A stretch of 64,000 bases of DNA. Origin: a bacterium (GTDB lineage: Bacteria; Bacteroidota; Ignavibacteria; UBA10030). This document shows, one piece after another, positions 9,096-17,405 of the stretch (its first letter is position 1; every line of letters starts with the position of its first letter). Made by a program: the position numbers and the translations under genes. The stretch covers positions 32,001-96,000 of the forward strand of contig JAZDJN010000035.1 in NCBI GenBank assembly GCA_043803945.1. Reading direction: 5' to 3'. Under the pieces are notes generated by a model, which was not told the origin of the DNA, did no database searches, and saw only the letters and a program-made list of their open reading frames with translations.

Positions 9096-10221
9096 AAACA
9101 CGTTAGTAATTGCCGCCGCTGGCTCTGGCAAGACGAGCTTTCTTGTAAATGAAGCTCGGAATATTAAGCACAAGAAAGTTCTAATTACAACCTATACTGA
9201 AGCAAACGAGGGAGAAATTATAAAAAAGTTCGCCGGCAGAATACCTGCAAACGTAACTATACAAACCTGGTTTTCTTTTCTACTCAAGCACGGTGTCAGA
9301 CCCTTTCAAAGTATTATGGATGACTCCCTACATCATGAAAAAATTGGTTTCTATTTGACAGAAAAGCAATCTGGGTTCAGATATAATACAACAAATGGAA
9401 AACCTGTGTATTGGGGGGAAAAAGATTTTATGAAGTTTTACTTCACCCGTGATTTCAGAATCTATTCAGATAAAATATCCAAGTTCATCATTGACTGCAA
9501 CAAGAAGTCAAATGGAGCCGTCATTAATAGAGTAAGTCGAGTATTTTCACATATTTTTGTTGACGAAGTACAAGATCTGGCTGGCTGGGAATTGGAATTG
9601 CTAAAATTGTTATTTACTTCAAGGTCCACTGTCCTCCTGGTTGGGGATCCAAGGCAAGTCACCTATTTGACTCACCATTCTCCTAAGTATGACAAGTATA
9701 GAGAAGGAATGATTAAAGACTTTGTAAGGACTGAATGCAACAAGCGAGAACAGATTTGCGAAATAGACGAACAAAGCCTTCTCTATTCACATAGGAACAA
9801 TGAATTCATCTGCGATTTCTCTTCAGCGTTGTTTCCTGAGCATGCCCCAAGTAAACCTTGCGATTGCAGGGAATGTCGTTCGTATAACTTCGATCATCAA
9901 GGCATCTTTGCCGTCAAGCCTGCTGATGCTGGTTCCTACTTCGAAAAGTATCACCCGCAGATACTGCGATATAACAAATCACAATTTCCTGATCTTAATT
10001 TTGGAATGTCAAAAGGTTTAGGCTTCGATAGCGTTCTTATTTATCCAACAGAAAAGATAGGGAAGTATTTAACCACCGGTGATCTTAAAAGTATTGAAAC
10101 AGTACGGGCTAAATTCTATGTCGCAATAACTCGAGCGAGACAAAGTGTCGGAATAGTCTGTGATTTCAATGATAACACTAAATTTATAAGGAGAATATCG
10201 AAATACATACGGAGCAATTAA
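9088..10221 (+). CDS. gajB: Short UvrD-like helicase, Gabija GajB-like
   Basis: AAAGSGKT, DEVQD, VGDPRQ, SKGLGFD, YVAITRAR; overlaps gajA stop. Confidence 0.85.
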   Translation: MHKNTLVIAAAGSGKTSFLVNEARNIKHKKVLITTYTEANEGEIIKKFAGRIPANVTIQTWFSFLLKHGVRPFQSIMDDSLHHEKIGFYLTEKQSGFRYNTTNGKPVYWGEKDFMKFYFTRDFRIYSDKISKFIIDCNKKSNGAVINRVSRVFSHIFVDEVQDLAGWELELLKLLFTSRSTVLLVGDPRQVTYLTHHSPKYDKYREGMIKDFVRTECNKREQICEIDEQSLLYSHRNNEFICDFSSALFPEHAPSKPCDCRECRSYNFDHQGIFAVKPADAGSYFEKYHPQILRYNKSQFPDLNFGMSKGLGFDSVLIYPTEKIGKYLTTGDLKSIETVRAKFYVAITRARQSVGIVCDFNDNTKFIRRISKYIRSN

Positions 10222-10385
10222 ATAAATCAGAATCCGGCTTTCAAAACGTTATACCATAACATTTGATGAATTCGATTTGGAGTTTTATAAGAGGCGTTAC
10301 TAATTGGAGAGATTAATTATATCAATCAATGTCAGTGGATGTATACTGTCTTCTCATTGAGCGATTCATAAAAAATATGCAAGCG

Positions 10386-10542
10386 GTATAATCCAGCGGC
10401 TCAAGCTGACCGAATGAGCGTGGGAGCATTTTGCATTGCGCTTAGAGGCTCAGTACAGAATTGAAAGTGAAGTGAATGAACTTGTTTCGTTTAGTACATT
10501 TTGGAAATTACCAGTGCGGCAGCTTAGCCGGCATCGTTAGGT
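10386..10542 (+). other. attC site 1 (Gabija cassette)
   Basis: R'' GTATAAT (one deviation), L boxes CGGCT-C-AAGCTG/CAGCTTAGCCG with extrahelical base, R' GTTAGGT. Confidence 0.85.
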
Positions 10543-10615
10543 TTTGCAGCTTTGCAGGATGTATTGTCGTAAACTATTCTGAAAACCAAGTCAAAGCAAC
10601 CTTGTAGGAATACTT

Positions 10616-11593
10616 ATGAAAGCGATTGTGTACACAAAATACGGATCACCGGATGTTCTTCAGCTCAAGGATGTAGAAAAACCAACGCCTGAAGACGATG
10701 AAGTTTTGATAAAAATTCGTGCGGCATCCGTAAATGCATATGACTGGCATTTCCTGACCGCTGACATATTCTTGATTCGCCTGATGGGCGGGGGGTTGCT
10801 CAAACCCAAAGACTCGAGACTCGGTGCGGATGTGGCGGGGCGGATTGAAACGGTTGGCAGAAACGTCAAGCAGTTTCAGCCGGGAGATGAGGTGTTTGGG
10901 ATGGTAAAGGGCGGTTTTGCCGAGTATGCATGTGCGCCTGAAAGCGCATTGGGGTTGAAGCCGGTCAATACTTCGTTCGATGAAGCAGCAGCGATACCTA
11001 TGGCGGCGATCACTGCCCTGCAGGGCCTGCGCGATGAGGGGCATATTCAGGCGGGGCAAAAGGTTTTGATCAATGGGGCATCAGGTGGGGTGGGGACTTT
11101 TGCGGTGCAGATTGCCAAATCGTTTGGCACCGAAGTCACAGCCGTGTGCAGCACGAGGAATTTGGAGCAGGCACGCTCGATTGGGGCAGACCATGTTATT
11201 GATTACACTAAAGAGGATTTCACCAAAAATGGTCAGCAGTATGATCTCGTTTTTGCGGCAAACGGCTATCATTCGCTTTCAGATTATAAGCGCGCCTTGA
11301 CTCCCAAGGGCATTTATGTGATGGCCGGAGGTACCATGGCTCAAATCTTCCAATCCATGCTCATGGGTTCAATGATGTCAGAAACCGGCGGCAGGAAAAT
11401 GGGAGGCGTAAGCGCAAAACGAAGCCAAAACGACCTGGTTTTTATAAAAGAACTTTTTGAAGCAGGCAAAGTAAAATCCGTTATTGATAGACGGTATCCG
11501 TTAAGTGAGGCTGCTGAAGCGCTTCGGTATCTTGGAGAAGGACATGCCCGAGGAAAAATAGTTATCACTATGAAGTATAATAGTAAAACCTAA
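10616..11593 (+). CDS. NAD(P)-dependent MDR-family alcohol dehydrogenase / quinone oxidoreductase-like (cassette 2)
   Basis: MKAIVYTKYGSPDVL, GADVAG, LINGASGGVG, GHARGKIVI; stop codon lies inside R'' of attC2. Confidence 0.9.
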   Translation: MKAIVYTKYGSPDVLQLKDVEKPTPEDDEVLIKIRAASVNAYDWHFLTADIFLIRLMGGGLLKPKDSRLGADVAGRIETVGRNVKQFQPGDEVFGMVKGGFAEYACAPESALGLKPVNTSFDEAAAIPMAAITALQGLRDEGHIQAGQKVLINGASGGVGTFAVQIAKSFGTEVTAVCSTRNLEQARSIGADHVIDYTKEDFTKNGQQYDLVFAANGYHSLSDYKRALTPKGIYVMAGGTMAQIFQSMLMGSMMSETGGRKMGGVSAKRSQNDLVFIKELFEAGKVKSVIDRRYPLSEAAEALRYLGEGHARGKIVITMKYNSKT

Positions 11594-11718
11594 CAACCGC
11601 GTGCAGCCGACTTGCGCTACGCGCTTGTGGTACAGGCGTGGTTGTGGTCACAACTTGTTAGGTTAGCTTGCTTGTTTTTGTTGGAAGCCGCGTAAGCGGC
11701 TCATGCGGGCCGTTAGGT
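11588..11718 (+). other. attC site 2
   Basis: ACCTAAC...CCGCGTG-C-AGCCG / CGGCTCATGCGG...GTTAGGT; AAAACCTAA complements cassette start TTAGGTTTT. Confidence 0.9.
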
Positions 11719-11763
11719 GGTTTAAAATTATTACACAATCATCACATCTATAAGGAGAAATAA

Positions 11764-11958
11764 ATGGCAAAATGTCCGTATTGTAAACAAGCGCTCACTT
11801 TGGAAAAAACCAAAAGAGAATCATCAGAATTCACCGAAGAAGTACATAAAGATGTTTCTGGCGTAGTTAAAAAAGAAATTATGTATTCGTGCCCACACTG
11901 TGAATCCGTTCTAGGTTTCGGTTTTTTCATAGGCGGTCTCCTAACTGGTAGACCTTAA
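11764..11958 (+). CDS. Small zinc-ribbon protein (cassette 3)
   Basis: CPYC..CPHC; AAGGAG RBS; lies between attC2 and attC3. Confidence 0.8.
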   Translation: MAKCPYCKQALTLEKTKRESSEFTEEVHKDVSGVVKKEIMYSCPHCESVLGFGFFIGGLLTGRP

Positions 11959-11996
11959 GTCGTTCGTCGTCATACTTACAAGCTTATCGGCAAACC

Positions 11997-12134
11997 GCCT
12001 AACCAAGCTACTGACGGAATGAGCTCGCTGCAAAATTCATGGCGAGCATAGTTGCGGTACACATATTAAAGTTATCAGTGCGGCAGTCCCGAATAAAAAC
12101 ATTTCGGGATAAACTTTAACCGCCATCCTTAAGA
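11997..12134 (+). other. attC site 3 (degenerate)
   Basis: R'' GCCTAAC; AAACCGCCTAA complements cassette start TTAGGTGGTTT; R' eroded to CTTAAGA. Confidence 0.6.
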
Positions 12135-12197
12135 ACCGTTCATTGGAGCAGCGGTATTAAACGAAAAACCCGCTTTTCAGCGGCCTTCCATTGGGAA

Positions 12198-12425
12198 TCA
12201 AGCGTGTATGCGTGCTTTTGCCCATTGCAATGCAGGCTTCTTTCGCTGATCTGCACAATCGCGCAGAAATAGGTTGATGAGTTTCTGGTATGGCAAATCG
12301 GTTTCTGCTGCAATTTTTTTGAAATAGTCTAATGTATCGTTTTCTATCCGAATAGTGATTTGGGTTTTTAGTCTCTTAGCGTATGGATTTCGGACGGCGT
12401 TGGTAAAATCGTAGTTTTTTCTCAT
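12198..12425 (-). CDS. brnA: BrnA-family antitoxin
   Basis: YDF..A.RNPYAKRLK.QITIR...LDYFK......PYQ.LIN..LR pattern; overlaps toxin stop. Confidence 0.85.
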   Translation of the reverse strand: MRKNYDFTNAVRNPYAKRLKTQITIRIENDTLDYFKKIAAETDLPYQKLINLFLRDCADQRKKPALQWAKARIHA

Positions 12426-12733
12426 AGTTCTCTCCTATACTTGTACTGCATCGCTTCCTGACGGTTGGCTTTGCGAGCAGAGTAAATTCGTATAATTTCA
12501 AAGCCGTCTTTATCTTCACGGTAGCAATGGCAAACAATGAGAAGCTTTGCTTGATTGCTCAATCCAAGAAGAATAAATTTGTCTTCATCTTCAGAGTGAT
12601 CGGGATCATAAATGAGTAGAGCAGAATCATCGAAAAAGCACGTTTTTGCTTCCTCGAAAGAGACCTTATGTTTTCGCCGGTTTAGCGAATTCTTTGCTTC
12701 ATCCCAAGCAAACTGAATATTATTCATTGACAA
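12422..12733 (-). CDS. brnT: BrnT-family ribonuclease toxin
   Basis: FAWDEAKN..N.RKH.VSFEEA...F.D...DPDHS..E...IIRIYSARKA. Confidence 0.9.
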   Translation of the reverse strand: MSMNNIQFAWDEAKNSLNRRKHKVSFEEAKTCFFDDSALLIYDPDHSEDEDKFILLGLSNQAKLLIVCHCYREDKDGFEIIRIYSARKANRQEAMQYKYRREL

Positions 12734-12754
12734 AATATAATTATATTATAATTA
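12734..12754 (-). promoter_or_regulatory. TA promoter/operator
   Basis: Palindrome AATATAATTATATT overlapping TATAAT boxes directly upstream of brnT. Confidence 0.55.
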
Positions 12755-12767
12755 CAAATCAAACGGT

Positions 12768-12928
12768 TTCTAACAATTCACTCAACCTGCCGGCGCGGCA
12801 TGCACGCACTCGCTTGTCTAGGCAATCAGCAGTTTAGAAATGCATTTTGCAAATTGACAGCAGTTCAGTATCATGGGCGAATCGCGCGCGCATTGACACC
12901 GCGCCGCAGGTTAGCTCCGCCGTTATGT
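12768..12928 (+). other. attC site 4 (TA cassette)
   Basis: TTCTAAC...CT-C-AACCTGC / GCAGGTTAG...GTTATGT. Confidence 0.85.
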
Positions 12929-13070
12929 AACGCCGATGACTTTTCTGAGATCATACAGCAGGCAGGATTTCTTTTCGCTACTTTCAAGAGAAAGTTCTGA
13001 AACACTTTTATCATTTCCATGACATTCGTACCTTTTCTATTTGTCCGAAGTCATCGTGTCGAAATCTATA

Positions 13071-13888
13071 CTATTCCCCAGAGTGCTTTTCAAGCTCACC
13101 TTCAACCTCATCTATCGCTGCCTCCCAGGCTTCCCAACCAGTTGCTACCATCTGATCGACAACCTTTTCTGAGTGCTGAATAACTAACTCTACATTCTCT
13201 TTCAATGGTCGATACCCTCGCTGTTCCAACAGCGATTCGATATCAACATCCGTCCAACTTGTTTCAGCGAATATTCTCTCTGGTTCTTTTCGAGAGATGA
13301 ACTTGTCACGGACAACACCAACATATCGTTGGCTACCGTGTGTGGCAAGGTCATCTCCAGGCGCACAGTGCCTTCACACTCAACCCTGCATCGAATATTT
13401 AGGGATCGTTCGCTATCGTAGAACTCGAACTTATCTTCTTTGAGAGTTTCTCCGACGATATTGGCAAGTTCACTCCCAATCCGTTCCTGTTCTTCTTTAC
13501 GGGCCAGCATGTCCTGACGATTTTTCATTGACTCATCATAGACAGCCTCATACAAAGGCATAAACCTTGAAACGATTTGTGTACACAATCTCTGCGGGTC
13601 CTGTTCGAACGATGGCTCAAACATCGGAATTTTATCAGAACCTATCTCGTAACCACCCATGTCTTTGGGAAACTCGCCACGAATAGACAAGTGCTTCTTC
13701 CCTGCCCATCGCTTACAGTTCACGATCATCCCATTTGTTTTGTGGACGAGTTTGAATCCATACACTACGTCATTATCAGTCATGCCCTCACAGATCCACA
13801 TCTTCCCGTCTTTTCGCATCGATTGGAACAGTGTGAACAACGCGCTGACTCGTCGCCTTGCTTCCTCAGGTGTAATGTCTTTGCTCAT
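13071..13888 (-). pseudogene. Hypothetical phage gene with apparent 1-bp frameshift near 13310
   Basis: ORF track 13202..13888; an alternative frame continues RDKFISRKEPERIFAETSW...ELEKHSGE*. Confidence 0.55.
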
Positions 13889-14364
13889 ACAGCCTCGGCT
13901 ACATTTGTTCGTTCGCGCATCTTTTGAACCACAGTGTCATAAACTCGTTGACGAATTCTTTGCACCACAGCATGATAAGTCTCAACTTCCGGATACAACG
14001 GGATCTCGTTCCCGCAATCTGGTCCGGGAATCAACAATACGATGTCTTTCCTCGAGAATCGGGGATTCAGATTTCGATTGTCGATAAAATCTCGAATCAC
14101 TTCCGGATCACCAACGAGATTAAGACAAGCGTTACCCCGAAATGTGCTGAACGACTTCATGTCAGTGCTGACGGGCAAATCCCAACCTTCAAACACTAAG
14201 CGATCGTTCTCTGCAAAGAGATTCATTCTTAACGGTGTGCGCTTGTTGCGATACACTGCAACTACCAAACCTTCCGATAAAACCTCCTTGACCTTTATTT
14301 CAGATAACGATGTCATTGCCATCCCATTTAGCGATATAACTGTGAGCATTTGACCTGCGTGCAT
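13885..14364 (-). CDS. Hypothetical phage protein
   Basis: ATG 14364 with AGAGG RBS downstream of promoter 14403-14430 (ORF track start 14430 lies in the promoter). Confidence 0.75.
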   Translation of the reverse strand: MHAGQMLTVISLNGMAMTSLSEIKVKEVLSEGLVVAVYRNKRTPLRMNLFAENDRLVFEGWDLPVSTDMKSFSTFRGNACLNLVGDPEVIRDFIDNRNLNPRFSRKDIVLLIPGPDCGNEIPLYPEVETYHAVVQRIRQRVYDTVVQKMRERTNVAEAV

Positions 14365-14402
14365 AGATTCCTCTCTATTGGTTGTTTGTGGATACTGGGA
14401 AA

Positions 14403-14430
14403 AACATAACAGGGGTAAATGTGTTGTCAA
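14403..14430 (-). promoter_or_regulatory. Phage early-type promoter TTGACA-N13-TGTTATGTT
   Basis: Repeated promoter family. Confidence 0.75.
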
Positions 14431-14554
14431 GATGTAACGCTACGACACTCCCCGTGGGATAGTGGAGTTGAAGTAGTGTATTAGAAGCAAGTTTATACTT
14501 CCAAGGATCGCCTATGTGTCACGATAGACCGCTAAGGTGAGAAGATGTATGGTG

Positions 14555-14731
14555 TCAGATCGTTGGCCTCTTAGGTTCAATGATTTTCGACTTCTTTACC
14601 ACCAGCACTTTGTACTTGTTTTTCTTCAATTCAATTGGGATCAATGATTCATTAAACGACTCCATCTCGATTCGGACTACTCTATTCCTATGTGTGCGAT
14701 CTTCAATAAAATCTACCTCTACAGTAACCAT
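14555..14731 (-). CDS. 58-aa hypothetical protein (not in ORF track)
   Basis: MVTVEVDFIEDRTHRNRVVRIEMESF...; AAAGGA RBS; fills gap. Confidence 0.55.
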   Translation of the reverse strand: MVTVEVDFIEDRTHRNRVVRIEMESFNESLIPIELKKNKYKVLVVKKSKIIEPKRPTI

Positions 14732-14743
14732 CGATATTCCTTT

Positions 14744-15034
14744 CTATAATGTGAATGCCGTGTAACTATGTTCAGGCAGTCCAATGTATTTTTCCACCCA
14801 TTCGATCATCTGATCTGCATGGTATGACGTTGACACTTCTGACAGATAGAACTCCAACTCGTTACGAACATTGTCCGTGATGTCAAATGTGCGAGATTCC
14901 TGAACCTTGTTCGTGTCCCAATCCAGACCTTCGCATTTGATCTGTTCTTCTGTTACAGAGATTCTCCACTTCCCATAATACGCCCTCTCACCTATCTTGA
15001 ATAGTGTTGTGTGCATATACTCTCCTATCCCCAC
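14744..15034 (-). CDS. Hypothetical phage protein
   Basis: Operonic minus-strand ORF. Confidence 0.7.
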   Translation of the reverse strand: MGIGEYMHTTLFKIGERAYYGKWRISVTEEQIKCEGLDWDTNKVQESRTFDITDNVRNELEFYLSEVSTSYHADQMIEWVEKYIGLPEHSYTAFTL

Positions 15035-15312
15035 AACTTATACTTTTGCTCTGGAAGCTCGGTCAACGGATCCAAGGGTGGATTCTTTTCAGACCGCAAT
15101 TCATTCAGAACATCCAGCGACATATACAGATGTGTCGGCCTGACTACCAGTCCGCAATGCACGCATTCTAGCCCACTGTAGTCAATAGACCTTGTTTCCG
15201 AAAACGCCTTAGCTTCCCCACCGCAATTCGGACATTTAATTTCTTCTGTGCATCCACTCATATATTTACTCCTTCTATAGTCTATAATTGATACCAACAA
15301 AGATTGCGTCAA
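15025..15312 (-). CDS. Zinc-ribbon protein
   Basis: CPNC..CVHC; probable start at MSGCTEE after AAGGAG. Confidence 0.7.
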   Translation of the reverse strand: MTQSLLVSIIDYRRSKYMSGCTEEIKCPNCGGEAKAFSETRSIDYSGLECVHCGLVVRPTHLYMSLDVLNELRSEKNPPLDPLTELPEQKYKLWG

Positions 15313-15787
15313 CCATGCGACCTTTGAGCAACGGACCCTTGAGAGACGGGAAGTGTGGATTCGGATTCATTTCGTTATAGTTGAGAAGATGCCAATACGC
15401 AGCCGCCTCTTCATCCTCGGTTAGATACAATTCAACTTGCCCTTGGAATCCGAGCAACCTTCTTGCTGTATGTGCATGAACCGGGCCAACTGATTCGATT
15501 TCTTCAATCTCTCCATTCTCCTTGAGCAACTGATATATCAAATCCGTTGTCACAATATTGGGAATCAACGGAGTACCTTCACCAACCACGTGAGTCAAAT
15601 CTTCTCCACAAGTCGGGCATTCAATCCAATCTGATTCATCAACATCTGTTGACGAATACTCATTGACATACGGCCCTTGACCGGTATCAACGATCGTTCC
15701 TGTCTGGTGGCAACGGCTATGCACAATTACGTGGTCAATGTTCGTTCCGCAATGCGGACAATCGAAACTTTGCTTGTCAGTCTTCAT
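15275..15787 (-). CDS. Zinc-ribbon-containing hypothetical protein
   Basis: CPHC..CPTC; GAGGGAG RBS. Confidence 0.7.
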   Translation of the reverse strand: MKTDKQSFDCPHCGTNIDHVIVHSRCHQTGTIVDTGQGPYVNEYSSTDVDESDWIECPTCGEDLTHVVGEGTPLIPNIVTTDLIYQLLKENGEIEEIESVGPVHAHTARRLLGFQGQVELYLTEDEEAAAYWHLLNYNEMNPNPHFPSLKGPLLKGRMVDAIFVGINYRL

Positions 15788-15796
15788 GTCTCCCTC

Positions 15797-16180
15797 TCAA
15801 TCTTCAGTTGGTAAAGAAATTGTGATCACAGGCTCGCCAGCGTCACCACCATGTATCTGTGACTTCAACCCTATTGTTCTCTTTTGCTTCGCCTTCATTA
15901 TAAAGCCAACTTGGAATGTAATCAGCGACGCCTCCTTGTTTGACCTGATCGCCATTCTGAGTAAATACAGGACGTCCCATAAACGACCAGCATAAGACTG
16001 GCCATCAGCTCTTTCGTCTGGAACCAGATATTCAGCATGCAGTCGTTGCGTCACAGCTACCGGAATAGTAAATCCAGCTTGCTTCGCCTCTTCGGTAACA
16101 TCAATCAATACACCGTCCTCAATGGCTTGCGCTCTTGAGTACGTTGAGATTACCGACATATCACTAAAAGGATTTTCCAT
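15797..16180 (-). CDS. DUF6573-like protein
   Basis: ISTYSRAQAIEDGVLIDV...GRLWDVL...GD.GEPVITI.LP.ED pattern; start taken at MENPF (ORF track start 16255). Confidence 0.75.
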   Translation of the reverse strand: MENPFSDMSVISTYSRAQAIEDGVLIDVTEEAKQAGFTIPVAVTQRLHAEYLVPDERADGQSYAGRLWDVLYLLRMAIRSNKEASLITFQVGFIMKAKQKRTIGLKSQIHGGDAGEPVITISLPTED

Positions 16181-16202
16181 AATTCCCTCACAGTTTGAAT
16201 TG

Positions 16203-16661
16203 TTATTTAACAAAGCCGTTCTCTGCCGCCGACCAATACGATTCCTCAGTAACAATGAGACTATCCACCATCTTAATACCTACAAGCTCACCGACCTCAG
16301 AAAGCTTTTTCGTCATCTCAAGATCCTCTTTAGACGGTTGAATCGAACCACTTGGATGATTGTGTCCCAAAACAATAGAGCATGCACTACCTAATATCGC
16401 TGTCTTGAATACCTCCCTGGCATGAAACATCGTCCCTGTCAACACCCCGATCGAGACGGTGTGGATTCCATCTACCTTGTTCATGGCGTTGAGCAACAAC
16501 ATGACAAAGTGTTCACGATCGACAAGGCCGATATACTCCCTCATAAGTTTTGCAGCATCTTCAGGGTTTTGAATCGTATCAGTCGTTAGAAGAATATTCG
16601 TTTTCTCCTTCACAACCTTGACTCGATAATTCGCTAGCCTCGGATACGGTATCTTTTTCAT
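16203..16661 (-). CDS. JAB domain (RadC-like) protein
   Basis: REHF..LLL...REVFK.AI....S...HNHPSG...PS.ED...D. Confidence 0.9.
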   Translation of the reverse strand: MKKIPYPRLANYRVKVVKEKTNILLTTDTIQNPEDAAKLMREYIGLVDREHFVMLLLNAMNKVDGIHTVSIGVLTGTMFHAREVFKTAILGSACSIVLGHNHPSGSIQPSKEDLEMTKKLSEVGELVGIKMVDSLIVTEESYWSAAENGFVK

Positions 16662-16987
16662 GACTCTCTCCTTAGCTCTACATGGTCAATATCGATTTCC
16701 ACGACATTGATCAGCTTGACCAAATCGTCAAATTCCAACGAGCAAAACCAAAGCGTGATAATGCGTCTAGAATCTTTATCACCAAAACTTCCGGATATTT
16801 CATTTTTCCGCATTTCCTTGACATAAATCTCATCACCACGCAACAACATAAGCGTAGAGATGGGAACAACGACATGCCTCTTCGCATAGCGATTTAGAAT
16901 TGCTATCGCTCTATAGCAAGCGAAATCAACCAGCTTCTGGAGTAAAAACAGCCGCGCTTCCCTATACCGTTCTTTCAACATTTGCAT
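16658..16987 (-). CDS. Hypothetical phage protein
   Basis: ATGA overlap with JAB gene. Confidence 0.65.
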   Translation of the reverse strand: MQMLKERYREARLFLLQKLVDFACYRAIAILNRYAKRHVVVPISTLMLLRGDEIYVKEMRKNEISGSFGDKDSRRIITLWFCSLEFDDLVKLINVVEIDIDHVELRRES

Positions 16988-17063
16988 TGGACTTCCTCTA
17001 TCTTTATGAGTGCTGTAATCAATACCTCAGTTTTGATGTCCTGCATTGACGAAATCCTTCCTG

Positions 17064-17405
17064 CTATGCGAAATAGACAATCCATTCAGCTTTCTCGTTG
17101 TTATCATCAACCTCAATAGGCGATTGTCGATATTTCTCAGGAACTACGAATGGGAACAACTCAATAAGTTTCCTCACCCTTCGGATGTCCCATTGACGAA
17201 CAACTTCGCAAGCCTTGTCATACCATTCGTCACGCAGTTCTAAAGGATGCCTTCGAGCCTCTATCGCCGGCAGCATGCACAAGAAATCTGCATCCTGAAT
17301 AAACCCGTACGACTTGCGACCATTGATATTATCAATCACCTTCTGCTTTAATCTCTCATACTTGATTTCGTAGGGCATTATTCCTCCCCAAAGTTGAATA
17401 CACAT
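17064..17405 (-). CDS. Hypothetical phage protein
   Basis: Probable start MPYEIK overlapping ligase stop. Confidence 0.65.
   Translation of the reverse strand: MCIQLWGGIMPYEIKYERLKQKVIDNINGRKSYGFIQDADFLCMLPAIEARRHPLELRDEWYDKACEVVRQWDIRRVRKLIELFPFVVPEKYRQSPIEVDDNNEKAEWIVYFA

Larger units (their letters stand above)
5450..13050. mobile_element. Cargo island 1: decayed integron with cassette array
   Basis: Gene orientation switches to +; intI remnant and four attC sites; boundaries approximate. Confidence 0.8.
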
